From Polyangiaceae bacterium (GTDB lineage Bacteria > Myxococcota_A > Polyangia > Polyangiales > Polyangiaceae): a stretch of DNA of 64,000 nt. A model generated the notes under the pieces. The model saw only the letters and a program-made list of their open reading frames with translations. It did not search any database and was not told the origin of the DNA. This document shows positions 8,396 through 18,167 of this stretch, in pieces (position 1 is the stretch's first letter; each line of letters begins with the position of its first letter). The DNA lies in contig JBILLK010000023.1 in the NCBI GenBank assembly GCA_044376115.1, positions 64,001-128,000 on the forward strand. Reading direction: 5' to 3'. The position numbers were made by a program, and so were the translations under genes.

Positions 8396-9843
8396 TCCGC
8401 GTCCTTCTCGCGCAACCCCAGCTCCTTCATCTTGAGCTGGAGCCCCTTGCGCGAAATCTTCAGCAAGCGAGCCGCATGAGTCACGTTGCCGTGGGTCGAC
8501 AGCAGCGCTCGCTCGATCAGCTCCTTCTCCAAGCGCGTCATGGCAGCCTTCACCTGCTCCTTGAGCCCATCACTGGCCGGCGAGGGGATGGGCGTCTCAT
8601 GCACCTGCGGCGTGGCGGCAGCGACCGGCTCGCGTCGCTCACGAGCCGCCCCCCCACGAAGCTCTTCCGAAAGATCGTGGACGGCGATCAATTCGCCATC
8701 AGCAAAAAGCACCGCTCGTTCGACGACGTTTTCGAGCTCGCGAATGTTGCCTGGCCAGGCGTGCGCGGTGAGCTTCTCCATCGCCGCTTCATCCACCCCC
8801 GAGATCCGCTTCTGTAGCCGCGCATTGAACTTCTTGACGAAGTGCTCGACCAAGAGCGGGATGTCGCTCTTGCGCTCCCGAAGTGCTGGCAGCGCGATCG
8901 GGACGACGTTTAAGCGGTAGTAGAGGTCCTCTCGAAAGCTTCCGTGCCCTATCTCCTTTTTGAGATCGCGATTGGTTGCCGCCACCAACCTCACGTCGAC
9001 CTTCATCGTCTTGATACCGCCGACACGCTCGAACTCACTCTCTTGCAGGACTCGCAGCAGCTTGACCTGCATGTCGACGGGCAACTCGCCAATTTCATCG
9101 AGAAATAGCGTTCCTCCGCTCGCGAGTTCAAAGCGTCCGGGCTTCGCCGCGACAGCGCCAGTGAAGGCTCCTCGCTCATAGCCAAACAGCTCCGCCTCCA
9201 TCAGGTCCTTCGGGATCGCCGCGCAGTTGACCTTGATGAAGGGGTTCTCACGTCGTGGGGAGTTCTCGTGGAGCGCACGCGCGACGAGCTCCTTCCCCGT
9301 TCCGCTTTCTCCTGTGACCAAGACCGTTGTCGGCGTCCCCGCGACGCGCTCGAGCACGGCATACACGTCGAGCACCGGCTGGGATTGGCCGATGATGCCG
9401 AAGCGGGCACCAACGAGCGGCTCGTCTTTCGCCTCCTCGACTCGACTCGCGTCATGACTCTCGAGCTCCCGCGTGCGCAGGGCCTTCTTCACGATGATGC
9501 GCACTTCCTGCTGGTCGAACGGCTTGGTCAGGTAGTCGAAGGCGCCGGTTTTTAGCGCTTCGACGGCCGTCTCCACCGTTCCGTGCGCCGTCATCATCAG
9601 CACCGGGCGCGTGGGGTCATCGCGCAGCGCGGCGCGCAGTAGGTCCATCCCGTCGACCTTGGGCATGCGCAGGTCGGTGATCACCAAATCGATGTGGTTC
9701 TCGCGGAGCAGCAGCAACGCCGCCTCGCCGTCCTCAGCGACATGAACGTCGTACCCCTCGCGCGTAAGCTGCGCGGAGAGCACCCTGCGCAGATTGGCTT
9801 CGTCATCGACCACGAGAATCTGTTTCCGTTCGGGCGGGATCAC
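8392..9843 (-). CDS. Sigma-54-dependent NtrC-family response regulator
   Basis: Receiver domain (ILVVDD, DLRMP), GESGTGKE, GAFTGA, FLDEIGE, WPGNIRELEN, C-terminal HTH. Confidence 0.95.
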   Translation of the reverse strand: MIPPERKQILVVDDEANLRRVLSAQLTREGYDVHVAEDGEAALLLLRENHIDLVITDLRMPKVDGMDLLRAALRDDPTRPVLMMTAHGTVETAVEALKTGAFDYLTKPFDQQEVRIIVKKALRTRELESHDASRVEEAKDEPLVGARFGIIGQSQPVLDVYAVLERVAGTPTTVLVTGESGTGKELVARALHENSPRRENPFIKVNCAAIPKDLMEAELFGYERGAFTGAVAAKPGRFELASGGTLFLDEIGELPVDMQVKLLRVLQESEFERVGGIKTMKVDVRLVAATNRDLKKEIGHGSFREDLYYRLNVVPIALPALRERKSDIPLLVEHFVKKFNARLQKRISGVDEAAMEKLTAHAWPGNIRELENVVERAVLFADGELIAVHDLSEELRGGAARERREPVAAATPQVHETPIPSPASDGLKEQVKAAMTRLEKELIERALLSTHGNVTHAARLLKISRKGLQLKMKELGLREKDAD

Positions 9844-9977
9844 GCGCGCAGCGTACCACGGCCAACCAACAAGTCCTGCGCGTCAAGCGGCGCTCGCTCT
9901 CCGCGCGACCGCCGGGATAATTACGGCCGACGCTGCGAGAAGGTTGTAATCCCTTTGGCATCTCCGATAATTCGCCC

Positions 9978-10826
9978 GTGAACATCGCACATCGCGTCCT
10001 TCTTGCAGGCAGCCTGTTCGGGGTTTCCCTGGTACCGACCACAGCCTTCGCCGCCGACAAGATCTCCGAGCTGAAGAACGCCTTTCCGCCCTGTACGCAA
10101 CGTCCCGAAGCCCGCGCCGAGGAGCAAGCGCGGGCGCTCAACAAGCTGGCCAATCAGGCGCTCGAAGAGAAGCGTTGGAAAGATGCTTCGGACCTTTGGA
10201 CCAAGGCCCACGCGCTCGATTGCTCGCGACCGCGGGTGTTCAAGAGCTTGGGACAGGCTTTCGAAGCAGACGGCAATGTCCACGCCGCCGTGGCCATGTA
10301 TGAGCTCTTGAGCGAGCGGGCTCCGAGCGAAGTACCTGAGGACCTACCGCCCAAGATCCACGAGCTTCGGCTGAAGGCGCAAAAGCTCGATGACGCTGCT
10401 GCGGCTTCAAGCCCCGCCAACGCGAAGCCGCCTACTGAGCCGGCGAAGAAGGTCGAGTTGGAGCGGCCGTTGGGGTTCGTTCCTTGGATTTTGGTTGGCG
10501 GGGGCGCGGCTGTGGCCGTGGGTGGTGGGGTATTGATTGGGGTTGGTCAGGCGCAGGCCAGCGCGGCTGAAGGCGAATGCAAAGTGCCGGAGGAGCGAAC
10601 CGGCTGTCCCCAAAGCGCCGTTGATGACGGTGAGGCTGGCGAGCTGATGAGCCAGATCGGTCAAGGGTTGCTTTACGGTGGGGTTGGCGTCGCGGCGCTA
10701 GGCTTGGTGCTGCAGTTCGCAGCAAACGGCGAGCGCCCCGTCGAAATGGCAACGGTCCCATTCCAATTTGCCGTGGTTCCGCAGGCGGGTGGCGTTGCGT
10801 TCACTGCCTTCGGCACGTTCGAATGA
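9978..10826 (+). CDS. Secreted TPR protein with a C-terminal hydrophobic hairpin
   Basis: Signal peptide, TPR-like helices, two Gly-rich hydrophobic segments, terminal strand ending GTFE. Confidence 0.6.
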   Translation: MNIAHRVLLAGSLFGVSLVPTTAFAADKISELKNAFPPCTQRPEARAEEQARALNKLANQALEEKRWKDASDLWTKAHALDCSRPRVFKSLGQAFEADGNVHAAVAMYELLSERAPSEVPEDLPPKIHELRLKAQKLDDAAAASSPANAKPPTEPAKKVELERPLGFVPWILVGGGAAVAVGGGVLIGVGQAQASAAEGECKVPEERTGCPQSAVDDGEAGELMSQIGQGLLYGGVGVAALGLVLQFAANGERPVEMATVPFQFAVVPQAGGVAFTAFGTFE

Positions 10827-11332
10827 AGGTACGCTGGCTTCTGCTCGGCCTACTGCTGGGAGCGTGCTCTCGCACAGATGAGCCTGCAGTAGCGAAAGAA
10901 CGCACGAGCGACGCCCGCGGTTCGAGTGCGTCGCCTGCAGCGGCCGCGGTCAAACCGCAGCTCGTGCGCGTCCCCGCCGAGCTAAGCGACGGGCGCGACT
11001 ACGTGCGCAAGATGCTGGAGCAACACAAGGACGGTAAGGTCTTGATCTACGTGGGCGCTACCTGGTGTGAGCCGTGCACGCGCTTTCACAACGCGCTCAC
11101 GAGCGGTGCGCTCGACCAAGAATTATCGAACGCGGTGTTCCTCGAGTTCGATCTGGACCAGCACCAAGCGCTGCTTAGCGACTCCGATATGGCCTGCAAA
11201 TCCAAGCTCATTCCGCTCTTTGCTCGCCCCAACGCGGACGGCACCTGCAGCGCCGAGCGAGCCGAGGGTGGTGTGAAAGGAGAGCGAGCCGTGAGTGTGA
11301 TCCTCCCCCAGCTCAAACCGCTGCTGCGCTAA
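10823..11332 (+). CDS. Thioredoxin-family lipoprotein
   Basis: Lipobox LGA-C; GATWCEPC active-site motif. Confidence 0.8.
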   Translation: MKVRWLLLGLLLGACSRTDEPAVAKERTSDARGSSASPAAAAVKPQLVRVPAELSDGRDYVRKMLEQHKDGKVLIYVGATWCEPCTRFHNALTSGALDQELSNAVFLEFDLDQHQALLSDSDMACKSKLIPLFARPNADGTCSAERAEGGVKGERAVSVILPQLKPLLR

Positions 11333-11899
11333 CTACGGCAACGTCCACTCGATGTCGGTGGAAAGGCTCTCGCGCGAGGGAGTTGTCACGAGCGGCTTGA
11401 GCTGCTGTTGCACGCAAGCGGTGACCTCGGGGTTCGACGCGCGACGGTCTTCACTCACGCCGCGTCCTATCTGCTTGCCGTCTGGGGCAAAGACGACGTT
11501 GAAGGTCAGCTTGACGCTTGTCAGCGATGGCGTCTTCACTTGCACTGGCTTCACGCACTGCTCGACGATCGCCTTACGCTGTGACTCGAGACTGGCGACG
11601 GCGGCCGCGCGGCGGGCTGCCGCTGGGGCCGATGCGGGAGACTCGGCGGTGGCGCTGGCGTCAGCCGAAGGGGCCGAGGCCGTCGACGGTGCAGCAGCTT
11701 CGGCGACCGCGGTGTTCGCTGCTGAGGGGCTAGTCAGGACGGTGGGCGCGGTGGGAGCCACGGACGCCGGACGATCCCGCAGGCCTAGGAACAGCCCAAC
11801 GCCCATCAACAGACCGGCGATGACCACCGCGACCGGGAGGCTCAGAAAAGGGGAAGCCCCGCTCGCAGGAGGGGGCTTCGATGAGGGAGCTTCAGACAT
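11333..11899 (-). CDS. Membrane-anchored protein with a TonB-C/AgmX-PglI-like C-terminal domain
   Basis: TM helix, Ala/Pro/Ser linker, Cys pair in IVEQC and VTACV, VVFAPDG. Confidence 0.5.
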   Translation of the reverse strand: MSEAPSSKPPPASGASPFLSLPVAVVIAGLLMGVGLFLGLRDRPASVAPTAPTVLTSPSAANTAVAEAAAPSTASAPSADASATAESPASAPAAARRAAAVASLESQRKAIVEQCVKPVQVKTPSLTSVKLTFNVVFAPDGKQIGRGVSEDRRASNPEVTACVQQQLKPLVTTPSRESLSTDIEWTLP

Positions 11900-11917
11900 G
11901 GAGCGAGGAATGGCTGG

Positions 11918-13201
11918 TCAGTTGGTGACCGTGATCCACCCGTTGACGAAGTCGTTGTCATTGATTGCACCAGCACCCGTGTTGCGCACGCAAGCGCCTA
12001 CCAAATAGGTGCCAGCAGCAAGCGTAGTTGTGGCTGAGGCGCCGTACGAGCGACGACCAGTCGCCACCCTTTGGGTCGAATAGTTGCCAGCCGCGAAGTT
12101 GGTAATGGGCGCAGCTCCGATTTGGAAACAAAGCCCAATATCGACGTCTTGTTCAGCACCGCTAAGAAGCCCGAGTGGCAGTGTTGCCGCGCCCGTAAGC
12201 CGCTGATTGGCCGTTACGGTGATGCTGGCTGTTGGCCCGGCGAATACGTAACTTCCTGAGCCTCCAGGAATTGAAAGAGCAATCGACCCTGCAAGGCTGA
12301 ACGTGGCCACCACGCCCGACGGCCCCGCGGGACCTTGAGCGCCGGTCGCGCCAGCAGGACCGGTTGCCCCGGCTGCGCCCGTTGCTCCGGTTGCTCCCGT
12401 GGGACCTTGCGGGCCCGTGGCGCCTTGCGCACCCGTTGCGCCCGCCGGACCTGCTGCGCCCGCCGGACCTGCTGCGCCGTTGGCGCCTTGCGGACCCGTT
12501 GCACCTTGCGGACCTGCCGGGCCGGCCGGACCTTGCGCGCCGGTCAGACCTTGCGGGCCGGTGGGGCCTTGCGGACCCGCAGGACCGGTGTTGCCGGCCG
12601 GGCCCATCGGCCCGGTGGGACCCGTCGGGCCAGCAGGCCCCGTCGGGCCAGCGGGACCGGCGGGACCGGTGTTACCGGCCGGACCCATCGGCCCGGTTGC
12701 GCCGGGTACGCCGGCCGGTCCCTGAGGGCCAACCAAGCCGCTGGGGCTACCAACCCACTGGCCGTTCTCGTCGATCACCTCATTACCGCCGATCGAAATC
12801 GAGTTGGGCGTGATGTCTCCGACCGCGTTGTTCGACACGAAGGCGTAAGGCACGCTGTTGATCGCCGCACGAGGCGTCATCTCGGGATCGCTGCCAACCG
12901 TGATACCGATGAAGAGCTGTTGGCCTGTGAAGGTGTTGGTGATCGGCGTGTCACCGCCGAGAGCGACCGAATAGAAGCCGTCGTCGAAGGTGATCGAGTG
13001 GACCTCGCTCCAAACGGGCGCGCCACCGGACTCCGCCGTGTAGATCGCGATCTCCATGTCCACGGTCCCGGTGACAGGCTGATTGGCCGAGTCATACAGG
13101 CGACCTTGGTGATTCAGTAGGCCAGGCACCGCGGCGCTCGCCACGCCTGCCACGCCGAAAACGCCCGCGCCCAACACCACCGCAATAAAACGCTTCATCA
13201 T
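11918..13201 (-). CDS. Secreted collagen-like protein
   Basis: Signal peptide; N-terminal [11 protein letters not shown] domain; about 46 Gly-X-Y triplets; beta-rich C-terminal head. Confidence 0.9.
   Translation of the reverse strand: MMKRFIAVVLGAGVFGVAGVASAAVPGLLNHQGRLYDSANQPVTGTVDMEIAIYTAESGGAPVWSEVHSITFDDGFYSVALGGDTPITNTFTGQQLFIGITVGSDPEMTPRAAINSVPYAFVSNNAVGDITPNSISIGGNEVIDENGQWVGSPSGLVGPQGPAGVPGATGPMGPAGNTGPAGPAGPTGPAGPTGPTGPMGPAGNTGPAGPQGPTGPQGLTGAQGPAGPAGPQGATGPQGANGAAGPAGAAGPAGATGAQGATGPQGPTGATGATGAAGATGPAGATGAQGPAGPSGVVATFSLAGSIALSIPGGSGSYVFAGPTASITVTANQRLTGAATLPLGLLSGAEQDVDIGLCFQIGAAPITNFAAGNYSTQRVATGRRSYGASATTTLAAGTYLVGACVRNTGAGAINDNDFVNGWITVTN
12317..12730 (-). repeat. Collagen Gly-X-Y repeat, 46 uninterrupted triplets
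   Basis: Counted from GPQ to GPS in the translation. Confidence 0.9.
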
Positions 13202-13668
13202 GGCAAGCTCCCCGTGGCTCCAATAAGGCCGCCCTGCAACTGATAGCTAGGCGAAGACATAGGCTGTTGGTTCTGGGTCGACTGACCCATCGTAAAGACG
13301 ACGCGATAACCCGGACTCGTCAGCGTTCCACCGGCCGAAACGAACGACTGGCCGGGCGCGCCTGCATCGGTCACCGGGCCACCGCCGCCGGCACCACCGC
13401 CGCCCGAGGGCTCGCCCCCACCGCCGCCGGCCCCAGCCCCGCCGCCGCCGTTTGCACCGGCGCCACCGCCGCCCTGCGTGTTTGCACCGCCGCCACCATT
13501 CCCACCGTTGGCGCCAGCACCGCCGCCACCTGGGCTATCCGCCCCGGAGCCGCCGCCGCCCGTCGAGCTGTCGTCACAGCCGGCGCAGCCGGAGAACGTC
13601 GAAAACGCTAGCCAGCCAACGAGTGGCACCCACGCTCGCACTCTGCGAGTCTCGCGCAACTTCCACAT
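13198..13668 (-). CDS. Gly-rich putative lipoprotein with a short C-terminal beta module
   Basis: FSG-C lipobox-like motif, poly-Gly linker, [27 protein letters not shown] overlap with the collagen gene. Confidence 0.6.
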   Translation of the reverse strand: MWKLRETRRVRAWVPLVGWLAFSTFSGCAGCDDSSTGGGGSGADSPGGGGAGANGGNGGGGANTQGGGGAGANGGGGAGAGGGGGEPSGGGGAGGGGPVTDAGAPGQSFVSAGGTLTSPGYRVVFTMGQSTQNQQPMSSPSYQLQGGLIGATGSLP

Positions 13669-13734
13669 GCGTTTCTCCGTTCACGGCTCCAAGTAAGACA
13701 GGACGTTTTACACCTTCTGTGGTCCACTCGCAAC

Positions 13735-14274
13735 GTGGACGCTGGGTCTCAACCACACCCGAGCGCCGGTCGCTCGCGCGACGCCAAGAAACGCTTTCTA
13801 CGGCTCTATCAGCAAAACCGACAGCACCTCGTCGAGCCTGCGCCCCACGGAAGATTCGCCTCCCTTGGACTTGGCGCGCTAGGTGCCGGGTTGCTTGCGT
13901 TCGCGGCCTTTCGGAGAAGCCCGCCGACTGCGCTGCTTGGCGCGCTGCTGGCGCTCGCGGGAATCGGATTCTTCTTCGCCGTTCAACGTCGAAAGGAGGC
14001 CCGACTCGTGCTGATGCGCGTGCGAGTCCTCGCCCTCGCCGGCGCCGAATTGCCGGATGGCCCGAGCGCCGAGGTCGAACTTTTGCGTCGGCTGCGAATT
14101 CGACCCGATGGGTACATTCGCCACGACCCACCGATGCGCAGCCGAGTCACCCTCGCCCTGAGCGCCGAACTCTACGCTCGGCTTCAAACGAGGAGCGATA
14201 CAGCCGAACCGATCGAACTCTTGGCAGCGGGCGACCAATACGCCTTCGGCCTTTACGACGAAGGCCGCGCGTAA
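13735..14274 (+). CDS. Hypothetical membrane protein with two TM helices
   Basis: Two hydrophobic segments; fills the gap between neighbouring genes. Confidence 0.5.
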   Translation: MDAGSQPHPSAGRSRDAKKRFLRLYQQNRQHLVEPAPHGRFASLGLGALGAGLLAFAAFRRSPPTALLGALLALAGIGFFFAVQRRKEARLVLMRVRVLALAGAELPDGPSAEVELLRRLRIRPDGYIRHDPPMRSRVTLALSAELYARLQTRSDTAEPIELLAAGDQYAFGLYDEGRA

Positions 14275-14280
14275 CGGGCA

Positions 14281-15243
14281 CTACACTCGGAAGCCGACTT
14301 CGATGCGGTTGTAGAGCAGGCTGCGATCTCGATAGAAGTAAGAGCGCCCGAGCGCCGTATCAAAACGGAAGTAGGGTTCGAAGAACGGCCTCAAGTTTCT
14401 CGAGCTGTTGAGCTGCCGCAAAATGATCGCGCTGCCGGGCGCCAAGCTTCGCAAGGCGTCGGCACTGGTTGAAATCTCCTCGTCCTCCCAGCCGTCGAGC
14501 AAGTTGGACAGACTGACGAGATCGAAATTCGCCAACTCCGGCACGTCGAGCAAGGTGCCAAGGACCGGCTTCACGTCGAGAGGGCCGCCTAACCGAATGT
14601 ACGTGGGTGCACATTCCTTGCGGTAGCCGCCGAGAAAGACGTGCTGCAAGAAGGGGTTCTCGGGAGCTGCGTCCCGCCGCAACCCGCGTTCGAACGCGCC
14701 CTTGAAATAGCGCATGTGCGAGCCGTCCTTGGCCCAACGCGCCGGACGTTCGCCGAGCGCTTCTCGGACCAGGACCTCGCTGAAGCAAGCATGGAACGCC
14801 GCCGTCCAGTACTTCGACGTGGTCCACCGACGGACCATATCGTCGAGCACCCGCAACGGACGAGCGCGGGTAAAAAACGTGAGCAGCTCCTGATGCGGCG
14901 CGATGAACTCCTCGAAGAACGCCCGAACGAGCCGAAACACCCGCTCAAACTCACCCGCTTGATTGAGGCTCGCGCTGCTCGCGTGCTCGACGTTGAGGGC
15001 CTTGAAATCGCGCTTCCGAGCGGCCTCCGCCTTGTTCAACATATGCTCGAGTTGGCGCGGATTGTTGTCGAACGCCGTTACCTCGACCTCGCGAAATCGC
15101 GCCGCCAGCGAGAGGGCTACGCAGCCCCCCGAGGCCACACACAGCACGCGTTTTGCGCGGATGCGATTGATCAGATCACCTTCGAGTCGCGGGTCCTCGC
15201 GGATCACGCCGTACAGCAGACCAGCGGAAGTCTTTTCGGGCAT
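14281..15243 (-). CDS. DUF3419/BtaA-like SAM-dependent aminocarboxypropyl transferase family protein
   Basis: LYGVIREDP, VLCVASGGC, DNNPRQL, LSNLLD, RDRSLLY. Confidence 0.75.
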   Translation of the reverse strand: MPEKTSAGLLYGVIREDPRLEGDLINRIRAKRVLCVASGGCVALSLAARFREVEVTAFDNNPRQLEHMLNKAEAARKRDFKALNVEHASSASLNQAGEFERVFRLVRAFFEEFIAPHQELLTFFTRARPLRVLDDMVRRWTTSKYWTAAFHACFSEVLVREALGERPARWAKDGSHMRYFKGAFERGLRRDAAPENPFLQHVFLGGYRKECAPTYIRLGGPLDVKPVLGTLLDVPELANFDLVSLSNLLDGWEDEEISTSADALRSLAPGSAIILRQLNSSRNLRPFFEPYFRFDTALGRSYFYRDRSLLYNRIEVGFRV

Positions 15244-15359
15244 GCGCAGGTTCTATCGGCTGAACGCCGCTCTCTGCAAGCTGCACTTCGCAGAACAGGG
15301 TGCTTCCGCTGGCAGGACCAACCGCTGTTAAGCTGAGCCCGACCGATGGAGCGCAACGC

Positions 15360-15956
15360 ATGACTTCAGACGCTGGCTTTCGCCCTCACGGAACGGACGC
15401 TGTTGCGCATTTTGGCGCGATTCGACGACTGCCGTTTGAGGTCACCCCCGATGACCGCTGGTTTCGCCATTGGGAGCCTTTCGACACCATGGTGGCCCCC
15501 GAGCATTGGCTTTGTTCGATGACCGAGCGTACGCCGTGGGGTGTGCATGTGGTCGCGGAGGCTTGGACGTCGACCTTGGGTGTAGAGCCGCTCGAGCGCA
15601 CCTTGGTTGGCTTCGCGGAGGTGCCCACTCCGCGCCGACGCGCCGCAATGCGAGTTGGCGAGCCGTTTCTCACGCGCGTCGCCTTCCTCGAGTCCCCTCC
15701 CCCACCCCGCGTCAGTTTGGGCGAAAGGCTGTGGGACGAGCACGTTCACACCTTCGCAGCCTCGCCGGCCGAGGCACAGGCTGCGTTTCCACCAGCGCTG
15801 CGTGAGCTTTTGCGGCAGCGCGGCTTTCGCGGACACCTCGAGATGCGCCCGGGCGGGTTCGTCGTGCATCACGAGGGCTTCGCGCCCCGGCCTGAGTACT
15901 ACGATCTCACCTTCCGCATGCTGAATGACATCGGCACTGCCCTTCGGAGAAGCTGA
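15360..15956 (+). CDS. Hypothetical protein
   Basis: ATG with upstream GGAG; stop overlaps the next start. Confidence 0.55.
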   Translation: MTSDAGFRPHGTDAVAHFGAIRRLPFEVTPDDRWFRHWEPFDTMVAPEHWLCSMTERTPWGVHVVAEAWTSTLGVEPLERTLVGFAEVPTPRRRAAMRVGEPFLTRVAFLESPPPPRVSLGERLWDEHVHTFAASPAEAQAAFPPALRELLRQRGFRGHLEMRPGGFVVHHEGFAPRPEYYDLTFRMLNDIGTALRRS

Positions 15957-16654
15957 TGCCCCGTATCCTGCTCGTCGATGATGAACCGGCCATCCTTGAG
16001 TCGCTGGCCTATGCGCTCAAACGCGACGGCTTCGAGGTGCAGTTGGCGCACACGCTTCGCGAAGCGCGCGAGGTATTGCGCGAGTCCGCGGTGGAGCTGG
16101 TGCTGCTCGATCTCATGCTGCCAGACGGCAGCGGCTTCGACGTTCTCCATGAGGCCCGGCGTAAAGACTCTCCGCCAGCGGTGATCATCCTCTCGAGTCG
16201 CGACGACGAGGCGGATCGCGTTGCGGCGCTCGAGACCGGCGCGGACGATTACGTCACCAAGCCCTTTTCCCCGCGTGAGGTGGTGGCGCGGGTGCGCGCG
16301 GTCTTGCGGCGCGCAGGCGCGCAAAGCGCGGTACCCGACAACACGCCCAAAGATCTTCCGCTCGCTGTCGACGAGGCCACGCGACGCGCAACCGTTCACG
16401 GCAGCCCGGTCGACCTGACTCGCGTCGAGTTCGACCTCCTATCGTGCCTGCTTTCTGGTCCGGGCCGTGTTTTCACTCGACCACAAATCATCGATCGCGT
16501 CTGGGGGGACGGCTTTGCGATCACTGACCGCACCATCGACTCGCACGTAAAGTCGTTGCGCAAGAAGGTCTCAGAAGCGGGCGGTGATCCGTCGCTCGTA
16601 GAGACGGTTCGTGGAGTCGGCTATCGCGTGACTGACAAGCCCAATGCGACCTGA
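15956..16654 (+). CDS. OmpR/CreB-like DNA-binding response regulator
   Basis: Receiver domain (LLVDDE, DLMLPD, DDYVTKPF) plus winged helix (RTIDSHVKSLRKK, ETVRGVGY). Confidence 0.93.
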   Translation: MPRILLVDDEPAILESLAYALKRDGFEVQLAHTLREAREVLRESAVELVLLDLMLPDGSGFDVLHEARRKDSPPAVIILSSRDDEADRVAALETGADDYVTKPFSPREVVARVRAVLRRAGAQSAVPDNTPKDLPLAVDEATRRATVHGSPVDLTRVEFDLLSCLLSGPGRVFTRPQIIDRVWGDGFAITDRTIDSHVKSLRKKVSEAGGDPSLVETVRGVGYRVTDKPNAT

Positions 16655-18056
16655 AGTCGTACTGACGCCGCTATCAATCTCGGCGCTCGGCCTCTTCGTC
16701 GCGTTCATCGTCGTCAGGCTGTGGCGCTCCCGACGGACCGGCGTCAGCATCCGGATGCAGATCTTCCTTGCGCTAGCCGGCATCGTCGGCGCCTTCGCGC
16801 TAGGCCTGGGGCTGCTGGTATTGGAGCGCGTGATGGCTCGCACCACGGCGCTGACCGAGGAAAGCGCGAAGAGCGAAGCGTTGGCCATCTCCGCTTTGAT
16901 CCAGAACGACATCGCAAAAAACGATCGCAGCTTGGAGGAAGTTGCGGCGGGAATGTCCTCGCTGCCGCAAGAGATGCGGATGAGCATCCTCGGTCTCGAA
17001 GGGGATGTTCTGTTCGCCCCGGCCGGCCAGGTGGACCTCCCTGCGAGCGAGACCGTCAGCGTCACCGTACCCATCGTAGTTGGTGAAGTTGCATACGGCA
17101 TGGTCCGAGTCGACAAACCAACGATCGCGATCCGCCGCACGCTCTCGGATTTTGCACCGACGATCCTAGGACTCTCGGTGACGCTGGGAGCAGCGGCGGC
17201 CGTCGCCGCGGCCTTGATCGGAAGAACCATCGCATCGCCGATCGAGGAGCTGACCGACTTCGCCGTGCGCGTGAGCGAAGGCAAGCTGCTGGCGCGAGCG
17301 CCGCGCGCGCGAGGGCGCGAGGTCAAGGAGCTGTCGCGGGCGATCGAAACCATGCGCCGAGAGCTCGAAGGGCGGCCATTCATCGAGACCTTCGCGGCCG
17401 ATCTTTCGCATGAACTGAAGAACCCGGTAGCGGCGATTCGAGCGAGCGCGGAGGTGCTTTCGGACGGGGCGCTCGACGAGCCGAAAGAGGCCAAACGCTT
17501 TCTTGCTCGAATTCAGGAGGCCACCTCCAGAATCGAGACCATGCTGGGGGAACTGCTTTCGCTCGCTCGCATCGAGGCCCGCGGAGTCGAGAACGCAACG
17601 GCGGTCGACGTTCACAAGCTCTTCGCGGGACTGTGCCGCGATGCGGAAGACGGCGCCATCACGCTGAACGGCCCACACCTTTCGGTACGCGGGGATTCGC
17701 GCTGGCTTGCGCGCTTGGCCCAGAACCTGATCGACAACGCGAAGACCCACGGCAGCCCGCCCAACAAGGTGGCGGTGAACTTCCGCGATCGGGGTACCCA
17801 TGCCGAGATCCTGGTCGAGAACGACGGAGAGATTGCCCCCCACATCAAGGCGAAGTTGTTTCGGCGCTTTGTCACGACGCGCGTCGACAAAGGCGGCACT
17901 GGACTTGGGCTGGCCATCGCGCGAGCCGTCGCAGAGGCGCATGGGGGCACCATCGCCTGCATCGATGCGGGGCCGCCCAAGGTCACCTTTCGCGTGCTTT
18001 TGCCCTCGGCGCCGCGCGGCCCCTTGCGCCTGCTCGAGCCTGGGGACGATAACTGA
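16644..18056 (+). CDS. Sensor histidine kinase, CreC-like, with HAMP domain
   Basis: TM helices, HAMP, SHELKNP H-box, NLIDNA, GTGLGL. Confidence 0.92.
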   Translation: MRPEVVLTPLSISALGLFVAFIVVRLWRSRRTGVSIRMQIFLALAGIVGAFALGLGLLVLERVMARTTALTEESAKSEALAISALIQNDIAKNDRSLEEVAAGMSSLPQEMRMSILGLEGDVLFAPAGQVDLPASETVSVTVPIVVGEVAYGMVRVDKPTIAIRRTLSDFAPTILGLSVTLGAAAAVAAALIGRTIASPIEELTDFAVRVSEGKLLARAPRARGREVKELSRAIETMRRELEGRPFIETFAADLSHELKNPVAAIRASAEVLSDGALDEPKEAKRFLARIQEATSRIETMLGELLSLARIEARGVENATAVDVHKLFAGLCRDAEDGAITLNGPHLSVRGDSRWLARLAQNLIDNAKTHGSPPNKVAVNFRDRGTHAEILVENDGEIAPHIKAKLFRRFVTTRVDKGGTGLGLAIARAVAEAHGGTIACIDAGPPKVTFRVLLPSAPRGPLRLLEPGDDN

Positions 18057-18064
18057 GCCCAATT

Positions 18065-18095
18065 CGCTGTTGATTAATTAGATAATTGAACAGCG
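18065..18095. promoter_or_regulatory. AT-rich nested inverted repeat, candidate operator or terminator hairpin
   Basis: CGCTGTT (18065-18071) and AACAGCG (18089-18095) enclose AATTA-GA-TAATT. Confidence 0.5.
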
Positions 18096-18167
18096 TTGGT
18101 GCGTTCTCCACGAAAGCTCCACACTACTCCCATCGTAGGTCCCTCGCCTTGAGACTATGGTCTCCGA

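Noticed and set aside
12317..12730. Repetitive DNA as a possible CRISPR array
   Set aside because: 9-bp coding periodicity of collagen; no spacers or cas genes
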